DNA of 64,000 nucleotides from Nannocystales bacterium (GTDB lineage Bacteria; Myxococcota_A; Polyangia; Nannocystales; Nannocystaceae): NCBI GenBank assembly GCA_050633305.1, contig JBOEGF010000010.1, positions 576,001 to 640,000 of the forward strand, read 5' to 3'. Shown piece by piece: positions 57,351 to 64,000 of this stretch (position 1 is its first letter; each line of letters starts with the position of its first letter). The notes under the pieces were generated by a model. It saw only the letters and a program-made list of their open reading frames with translations, ran no database searches and was not told where the DNA came from. The position numbers and the translations under genes were made by a program.

Positions 57351-58073
57351 CTACTCGCACGCGACTGCATCGTCGTTCGTGATGAGCTGTTCCGACATGC
57401 ACTCGAACAGGGCACTGACGTCCGCGTCATCATCGTAGGTCGCCACGCAGGCCGTCACGGCATCGGCGTTCGGCGTTGCGATGCCAGTGACGGATGCGAG
57501 AATGGGCGGGTTGTCGACGAGGCCGCAGCTGTAGCGGTGGTAACCCCCCTCGGGTCGAGGCACGTACTCTTCCGTGACCGAGCCGTTGTAGAGTTCGCTG
57601 CGGATCGTGAACCGAACCTCGTGTCCCTCGGCCAGTTGGCGCACCACACACTCGACTGCCTCGGCATCCTCGAACTCGGTCTCCTCACCGCCGGACTCCG
57701 AGAATCCGCCGGAGAGAACAATGGCACGGCAGGGCGCGACTTCTGCGTCGCAGCCCCGGACCACGTCATCCGCCGGCCGGCAACGATCGTCGAGAGCTAC
57801 GGCGTCGACCCATGGGTCGAAGCAGGAGCAGTCGGCGGGGGTGTCGGTGTCCGCCTCGCTCTCGGTCTCACCGTTGGACTCGGTTTCACCGCTGCCCTCG
57901 GTTTCGGCGTCGGTGTCGGGCTCGGGGTCGCCGTCGGTTTCCTGCTGGCCTTCTGTTCCGGTTTCGCCAGCGTCGAGACTGGCCTCCTCAGAAGCACACC
58001 CGTGAGTGAGAAGGAGGGAGGCGCACAAGGCAATACCAAGGCGTCGGCGGCTGGTTTGCAGTCCAAGGGTCAT
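57351..58073 (-). CDS. Hypothetical lipoprotein
   Basis: LTHGC lipobox, acidic ETE linker, Cys-paired domain. Confidence 0.7.
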   Translation of the reverse strand: MTLGLQTSRRRLGIALCASLLLTHGCASEEASLDAGETGTEGQQETDGDPEPDTDAETEGSGETESNGETESEADTDTPADCSCFDPWVDAVALDDRCRPADDVVRGCDAEVAPCRAIVLSGGFSESGGEETEFEDAEAVECVVRQLAEGHEVRFTIRSELYNGSVTEEYVPRPEGGYHRYSCGLVDNPPILASVTGIATPNADAVTACVATYDDDADVSALFECMSEQLITNDDAVACE

Positions 58074-58127
58074 ACACCGTGCAATGGCCGGTTTTTTGCG
58101 ATCCCGTCACGCCGGCTGGATTTCACC

Positions 58128-60461
58128 TCACGGCCTGGTTCTGAGAGCCTTCGCCTGGCGGCGTGCCGCGTCTTCAGCCGCGCTGTCGCCTGCTCGGGCG
58201 TGGATCTCGGCGACCTCTTCCCAGAGGCTTCCCTGGCGCGCCGTGGTGTCGGTCCGCGACTGGATTGCACCGAGAGCCTCGTCCAGCGTCCTCAAAGCGC
58301 CAGCGGTCGCTCCGGTTCGAGCTTGCGCCTTGGAGAGGTTGAGTCGGGCGGTCTCGACCGCCTTCGAATCCTCCGGATAGTGCTCGAGTCGAAGCGCCAG
58401 CGCCCGACGAGCAGGCTCGAGAGCCTTCGAGGCTCGCTCGAGCTTCAGCAGCGCGTTGGCGAGGTGTGACAGAGGGTCGGACACGCTGTGGTGCCCCGGT
58501 CCCAATCCGTCACTGAGCTCGGCAACGGCACGCTGCAGGGGTTCGAGGGCAGCCTCGGGGTTGCCCCGCGCGTTCATCGAGGCGCCGGTGTGGTTGAAGA
58601 ACCAGCCCCGGCGTACGGGCCCGATATCGGTTGAACCCATCAGACCACGGACCACCGCAGCCCACCCGTCGGCTTCGGCATAGCGATCTTGGAGGACGCC
58701 GCGGATGTAGACCAGCTCCATCGCAGCCGCGACCCCACCCTCGTAGTCTCCGACCGACAAGCGCAGCTCCAACACGCGGTGCAATAGGGTTGCAGCGTCG
58801 TCGTACCGTTCCTCAGCCTTGGCCAGCGAGGACCGAGTGAACAGAGCATTGGCGAGCACCGGTCGAAGCCCCAGCGTCTGGGCACGAGCGACCGCAGCAT
58901 CGGCGGCGGCGAGCGCCTCTGGCAGCCGGCCGTCGTCCCTGAGCTGCTTCACGCGCGTGTTTTGGTCCCTGAGCTTCAAGACTGCCGTGCGCAGCTGGGG
59001 GTCGTCGGGCAAGAGCTCCCGGGTCTCCTTGGTTCGAGCGCTGACGCAGCGATCGATGGGGGTCAAAGAGTCGAGCAGTTTATCGGTCGGTTTGCCTTCG
59101 GGAACCGGGCTCGTGTCCAAGAGCTCGGCGACCGTCTGAACCCGCTGAGCACGGATGTCGAGGCAGGACATCGTCGCTTCGAATTGTTGATTGTCGGCGG
59201 GCGGAGATGCGTCGCACGTGGCCGTGTATTGGTCATCCAGCTGCTTGGTGTACGCGTCCATCGACTTCAGCACGCGTCGCGGGACCTTCGAGCTGGCTTC
59301 GAGTCTGGCTCGGATTGGCTCGTCCCAGCTTCGTGCGAGGTGCTCTTGGGCTGTGGTGCAACGAGCCTCTCGGGGGCTCACCGTGTCGGTGGACAACACG
59401 AAGGCGATCGCCGTGACGGCAAGGGTGCTCGACAGACCCAACGCCAGCGCACCCCAGCGCCGCCGAGGTGGCTGTAGATGCTGCAGCAACGTGGCGAGGT
59501 CGGGCCAGCGTTCGGCCGGATCGGGTGCCAGGCCCCGTGTGATCGCGGCGTGGATCGAGCGCGGGATCTTTGTTCGCGGAGGCTTTAGGTCGCCGTTTTG
59601 CTTGGCGTAGGCGAGGGCGAACACGGAGCCACCCTCGAACGGCCGCTCGCCGTGAACCGCCTCCCACAATGAAACGCAGAACGCGAACTGGTCCGCGCGT
59701 TCGTCCGCCGGCAGGCCGAGGTGTTGCTCGGGCGCCATGTAGACCGGGGTACCCATGATCGTGCCCGCGACCGTGAGTTCAACCTCCGAGGATTCGGATG
59801 CCGGACCTTGCGTCGGCGCAAGACCGGTCACACGCGCGAGTCCGAAGTCGCCAACCCGGACACGGCTTGCAGCTCCATCGCTGTCGCTGCCCATGAACAC
59901 ATTGGCCGGCTTGAAGTCACGATGGATGAGCCCCGCGGCGTGGGCGGCGACGAGCCCTCGGCCGGCCTGAACGAACACTGCGAGGACTTCCTGGTAGGTC
60001 CGGGGCTGCTCCTCGAGCCAGCGGTCCACGGGGACACCGGAGACAAGCTCCATCGCGATCATCACCCCTCGTTCGGTCGTCTCGGCGTCGTAGATCGCGA
60101 CGACGTTGGGATGGCTGAGCTGGGCCATCGACTGCGCTTCGCGGAGCATCCGTGCTTCGGCGGCCGGGTCCGCGTCTTCCTGTTGGTGCAGGATTTTCAG
60201 GGCGACCTCGCGCCGTAGCCGAGGGTCGTACGCCCGCAAGACCACGCCCATCGCCCCCGCGCCCAACCGCTCGATCGTCAGGTATCGCGAGAGGGTACCC
60301 TCGGAGCCGGCCGGACCGGCCGTCGCGTCCGCATCGTGAAGCGTGTCCTCGAGCGAGCGAGGGTCGCTCGGAGGCGGCTCTTCGGTCCGACTCACGGGGA
60401 GATCTGGTCCTGGATGTGGGGTCACGTCAAGAGCCGATGACGTCGGTCGTTCCGTGGGCAT
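58128..60461 (-). CDS. Ser/Thr protein kinase with TPR repeats
   Basis: LGAGAMGVV, VALK, HRDFKPAN, DFGLA, GTPVYMAPEQ. Confidence 0.94.
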   Translation of the reverse strand: MPTERPTSSALDVTPHPGPDLPVSRTEEPPPSDPRSLEDTLHDADATAGPAGSEGTLSRYLTIERLGAGAMGVVLRAYDPRLRREVALKILHQQEDADPAAEARMLREAQSMAQLSHPNVVAIYDAETTERGVMIAMELVSGVPVDRWLEEQPRTYQEVLAVFVQAGRGLVAAHAAGLIHRDFKPANVFMGSDSDGAASRVRVGDFGLARVTGLAPTQGPASESSEVELTVAGTIMGTPVYMAPEQHLGLPADERADQFAFCVSLWEAVHGERPFEGGSVFALAYAKQNGDLKPPRTKIPRSIHAAITRGLAPDPAERWPDLATLLQHLQPPRRRWGALALGLSSTLAVTAIAFVLSTDTVSPREARCTTAQEHLARSWDEPIRARLEASSKVPRRVLKSMDAYTKQLDDQYTATCDASPPADNQQFEATMSCLDIRAQRVQTVAELLDTSPVPEGKPTDKLLDSLTPIDRCVSARTKETRELLPDDPQLRTAVLKLRDQNTRVKQLRDDGRLPEALAAADAAVARAQTLGLRPVLANALFTRSSLAKAEERYDDAATLLHRVLELRLSVGDYEGGVAAAMELVYIRGVLQDRYAEADGWAAVVRGLMGSTDIGPVRRGWFFNHTGASMNARGNPEAALEPLQRAVAELSDGLGPGHHSVSDPLSHLANALLKLERASKALEPARRALALRLEHYPEDSKAVETARLNLSKAQARTGATAGALRTLDEALGAIQSRTDTTARQGSLWEEVAEIHARAGDSAAEDAARRQAKALRTRP

Positions 60462-60787
60462 CCTTGGCCTGCAAGTCTCGATATGGTCGAACGCGCGTTC
60501 AAACCTCGGAGTGTCCCGGCAGTCCGGCCACGGCGACGGAACGATGGACGGCCGCACGTCGCAAGCCACAGCCGCCGTTCCAGGGAGTTGCTCCGACGTT
60601 CGCAGAGCACGTCCTAGGACTGTCCGCTATCGAGGACAGTGTTGCCCTCGGGGCAAGAAACGCCAGGAACTGTCTCAAGAAGACGCCGCCGAAGACGAAG
60701 TTTGCAATGACTTGTCCTCGTTGTGGTCGTCGACCTGATCCAAGGGACAGGTCGAGCCGACCAGGCGGAACAGGAAGGATCTGCGCA

Positions 60788-61243
60788 ATGATGAGAAACA
60801 AGAGCCTCGACTTTTCCCGCTTCCTTCACGACAGGGGTCTTCTGTCGGCGAAGACCGCGGCATCTGTCCGCGACCGCTCTCACAACGAGCGACTGCAGAT
60901 CGGGCAGATTCTCGTCATGAATGGGGTGCTGAGCGTTCGGCAGGTCATGGAAGTCCTCGAGGCGCAGGTGGAGGACCCCGGGGTTCGATTCGGCGAGCTG
61001 GCGGTCACGCTTGGCCACCTGACGACGGTCGAGCTCGAGGCGGCTCTTCGGCAGCAGCGGGAATACCGCCGGCACCAGATGGAGATCGTGTTGAAGGACG
61101 GACTCGTGCCTCGCAGCGAACTCGACGCGGTCACGGTGAAGTACGTCGAGCTCCTCGAGATGTCCGCCGCCGAGCCCCGGGTCTTCGTGCGCTCGGACGA
61201 GACGGCGGAGGACAACCACTGTCCCGCTGCCAGCGGCGCGTAG
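60788..61243 (+). CDS. Stand-alone protein with tandem MshEN/T2SSE-N-like motifs
   Basis: QIGQILVMNGVLS..Q..EVLEAQ and RFGELAVTLGHLT..ELEAALRQQ. Confidence 0.7.
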   Translation: MMRNKSLDFSRFLHDRGLLSAKTAASVRDRSHNERLQIGQILVMNGVLSVRQVMEVLEAQVEDPGVRFGELAVTLGHLTTVELEAALRQQREYRRHQMEIVLKDGLVPRSELDAVTVKYVELLEMSAAEPRVFVRSDETAEDNHCPAASGA

Positions 61244-61384
61244 TGCTCAGGGCCGGTCGGGAGGGCGAGCCCGACATCGGTCGGCGTTGGGTGCAACCTG
61301 AGGCGAGCCGAGGGAGACCCGGCTTGGAGGCAACCCGACCCAGACTCCGGGGTGTGTTGGGCCTCAGCCCGATCCTTCCGGTCT

Positions 61385-61525
61385 GATACGCCGAGAACGG
61401 CTTCGCGCCGGGGAGCCAGTCCTCGCTGTCCACGCCGACCAACTGGAGAATGCCAGCCGCGAAGTGCTCGAAGCTCAAGACATCGCCGTCGTCGTCGGCA
61501 ACGCCTGTCGCGAAGTCGACGCGTC
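61385..61525 (-). pseudogene. C-terminal remnant, possibly DUF1501-like
   Basis: RVDFATGVADDDGDVLSFEHFAAGILQLVGVDSEDWLPGAKPF with no intact upstream frame. Confidence 0.35.
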
Positions 61526-61820
61526 GGTGAGTTCGCCTCGAAACGCCGTGAGTAGAGGGCTACAGCGTCTCTCAGCGATGTCGCTTACCGAGACGTCGGG
61601 AGCGCAGAGAAGGTCGAGCGTGCTTTTGCCGACCGCAACTCCACAGCAGCCCTGGTCCACCGTGGACGCCGCAACGAATGCGCCCCGTGTCCGACCCTCG
61701 TGGCCTCAGCGCGACCGAATGCGCCCGACTGAGCGTGTTTCCGCACCACGTTCGTCCCCTGAGTCTGGCCGACGGATGTCCTCGCTGCTCCAGAGCCGGG
61801 CTGGGTCGTGGGTCAGGGTC

Positions 61821-62444
61821 TCATGGCACGCGCTTCGACCAGGTCAGGTCCCAGCGAAGCTCGCTGGAGTCCTGGTGCAGCTGATAGTGGCCCGCGTACC
61901 CGACGTACTCGGGGATGGCGGAGAATGCAGCTCCGAGCCCCGTGATGTACGCGTGGCTCTCGGTCATCATCGCTGGAAAATCGTGTCCGTGGATGGACAC
62001 CGAGTCATCGTAGACCTCGACCTCGATCGCACCCGCGTTGCGGTACATGTGCGAGTACCCGCGTGGGGCAAGCTTGGCGACACCGCTGGGGGTCGTGCCC
62101 AGCATGCGGAGCCCAGCCTCGAGAAATCCGTGGAGGATCGGACTCTTGGCGGTGGCCAACATCGCGTTTCGGGACCGCAGCTCGAACAGTTCGGGTCCCC
62201 CGTGCGTGTACATCAGCTCTGCCAAGCAAATGTCGAGTTCGACGGGAAGCCAAGCCATTCGCTTGGCGCCCTCGATCTGGTGGACGCGGCGGGGGCCCAG
62301 TCCGCCCCGAACCAAGGCGTCGAGTTCGGGCCCATACTCGGACACCCATGCGAGATTCTCCCGAATCTGAGCTGCGCGGAGGGAGGGAACGTCGGACACC
62401 GTCGGTAGACTGTACAGCGGGTGTCGTGTCCTGCGTCTGCGCAA
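61821..62444 (-). CDS. Hypothetical myxobacterial protein
   Basis: Globular composition, MAWLPVE and LLRWDLTW-type ending (ELRWDLTW); start uncertain, perhaps near 62400. Confidence 0.6.
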   Translation of the reverse strand: MRRRRTRHPLYSLPTVSDVPSLRAAQIRENLAWVSEYGPELDALVRGGLGPRRVHQIEGAKRMAWLPVELDICLAELMYTHGGPELFELRSRNAMLATAKSPILHGFLEAGLRMLGTTPSGVAKLAPRGYSHMYRNAGAIEVEVYDDSVSIHGHDFPAMMTESHAYITGLGAAFSAIPEYVGYAGHYQLHQDSSELRWDLTWSKRVP

Positions 62445-62634
62445 TGGCGTGTGGAGGCGGACGTGGTCCCCAACACGAGCGCGCCTCCGTGGGCTTCAAC
62501 CTCAATGACGCCGAGTGTTCTTCGTGGCCGGCGCTCCGGTGTCTGCAGCCAGCCGTCCTCGGATGTCTCGGAGGCGAGAAGGAGAGCGGCTGTTCAGGAC
62601 GGCGGGGGCGATGCGAGGAGGCTGGTGGGCCGTG

Positions 62635-63579
62635 CTAGTCGAGACGCTCGTACATGGTCCAGCTCCCGTCCTCCGCGTCGTACTCCATGGAAAAGTGGAG
62701 CGCATCGGGGTCTTTGTCTTGCCGGAAGAAGAGGTGGGCAATCTTCGTCAGTACGTCTTGGACCTCGGGCGAAGGTGCGTCCGTGGTCTCCCCGTCTTTT
62801 CTGACGTTGCAACTGAGCCCCCATTCCAGGCTTCTCCATGTCGGATAGGCTGAGTACGTTTCCTCCAAGTCCCGCGGTGGGTCGTTGACCAGGAGCTGAA
62901 AGAGCCGGTCCCGGAGTTGTTCGTAGCTCTCTTCCACCGGGGGGACGCCGTAGTAGGGGTCCATTCTGAAGGCGATGAGCGCCTTGATGTTGCGACCCAT
63001 GAGCCCGTAGGCGATCGAGCCCGAAACGATGAGCGCGACGAGCAGGGAAATGACCAGGTAGATGAGGTCTCCCTGCGAGCTTCGGCCCTCGGTGAAGTAG
63101 ATCATGTGCTCGGGGAGTGGTTCTCCTTCTCGGGCGAAGATTTCGCGGATCTCCGAGTGCCATCCTCCCGCTTCGTTGATGTCCGGAAAGACGAGTCGTC
63201 CCTGGTAGGAGCCGTTGTCGGGCGCCATGTGGCCGAACATGTGGTCGCGACTCATCAGCATGACGCTCGGCTGCTTCGGCGCTTGAGACGTCGCGTCATG
63301 AAGCACGAAGTAGTACCAGCTCTCCGATGACCCATCGCGCCGAAGCTCATACTCCAGGGAGGACCCGAGTCGTACGCCGGTGAGGGTGATGTTGGTCCCC
63401 TGTGGACGCTGGCCCGCTTCGACTTCGGACAGGCTGATGACGTCGGTACTCGTGTCGAGCGCGCCTTGTAGCCTTCCGTTGTTCCAAGCCAGGCCTAGCG
63501 CGATTGCAAAGGTTCCCACCGCGACAGCAATCGAGATGAGGAACATCTTCGTATTGAAGGTCGGGATTTCTCTCTTCAT
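62635..63579 (-). CDS. Hypothetical membrane protein (2 TM)
   Basis: 314-aa ORF with two hydrophobic helices and normal coding composition. Confidence 0.75.
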   Translation of the reverse strand: MKREIPTFNTKMFLISIAVAVGTFAIALGLAWNNGRLQGALDTSTDVISLSEVEAGQRPQGTNITLTGVRLGSSLEYELRRDGSSESWYYFVLHDATSQAPKQPSVMLMSRDHMFGHMAPDNGSYQGRLVFPDINEAGGWHSEIREIFAREGEPLPEHMIYFTEGRSSQGDLIYLVISLLVALIVSGSIAYGLMGRNIKALIAFRMDPYYGVPPVEESYEQLRDRLFQLLVNDPPRDLEETYSAYPTWRSLEWGLSCNVRKDGETTDAPSPEVQDVLTKIAHLFFRQDKDPDALHFSMEYDAEDGSWTMYERLD

Positions 63580-64000
63580 GAGAGGACGCCCCTCGGGCTG
63601 GAGGACGATACGACCGGGTTGGAGAACGCTCTCCTGCTTCCGGTTCCGTGGCCCCGCCGTCGTTCACGGCCGACATGGACAACGTAGGCAAGGAGACGCC
63701 GCGGCGGCGATCGCCGGGGGTCTTTCCGCGGTCTAGGGCCGCCTCGTCGTGTGACAGAGTTGGTTGGCACGTGGAGGTAGAGAACAGGATCTCGGGGATG
63801 TGACAGAGAAAGAAGGTCGTCGCACCAAAACGCGCCCTGAGGCCTCTCCGACGCCTCTCGTGCCCGGTTCGAGCTGTTGGCCAGTGTAGGTTTCAGCCTT
63901 CGCCGCGCTCTGCTCGAGGTGCACGAGTCGGGGTCGTGGCGCTTGCGGGACCCACGCGGGAGGCTCACGAAGTTCGAAGCTCCGACCGGGTTTTCCATGC

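Noticed and set aside
63751..63830. Two further GTGACA hexamers
   Set aside because: No AC(A/T)A(C/T)C box at 17 nt spacing

Overview
GC-rich accessory window whose gene content (MYXO-CTERM protein, many Cys/Asp-rich lipoproteins, Ser/Thr kinase-TPR and ECF sigma pairs) points to a myxobacterium, probably Nannocystis/Plesiocystis-like (inference). The centre (12.2-29.0 kb) holds two adjacent RiPP clusters, each with its own copy of an HlyD / C39-peptidase ABC transporter / RND-adaptor export cassette. The first is a plesiocin-type graspetide cluster (4x TTxxxxEE precursor plus ATP-grasp ligase), a known class. The second is an unusual lanthipeptide-like operon: a double-glycine precursor, a CCG-type LanC, a shortened LanB with substituted motifs and a stand-alone aKG-HExxH-like protein. 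This is the best candidate for an undescribed system. Other highlights: a lower-GC PARP/tankyrase-like ADP-ribosyltransferase with an H-Y-E triad and a Cys/His cluster; a repeated GTGACA-N17-AC(A/T)A(C/T)C promoter-like motif linking an ECF gene, a tandem cytochrome c operon and an unannotated 30-aa membrane peptide; an in-frame MYXO-CTERM/lipoprotein fusion; and several decayed gene remnants. No rRNA, tRNA or CRISPR array was recognised. All family calls come from reading motifs by eye, without database searches; start codons are my best estimates.
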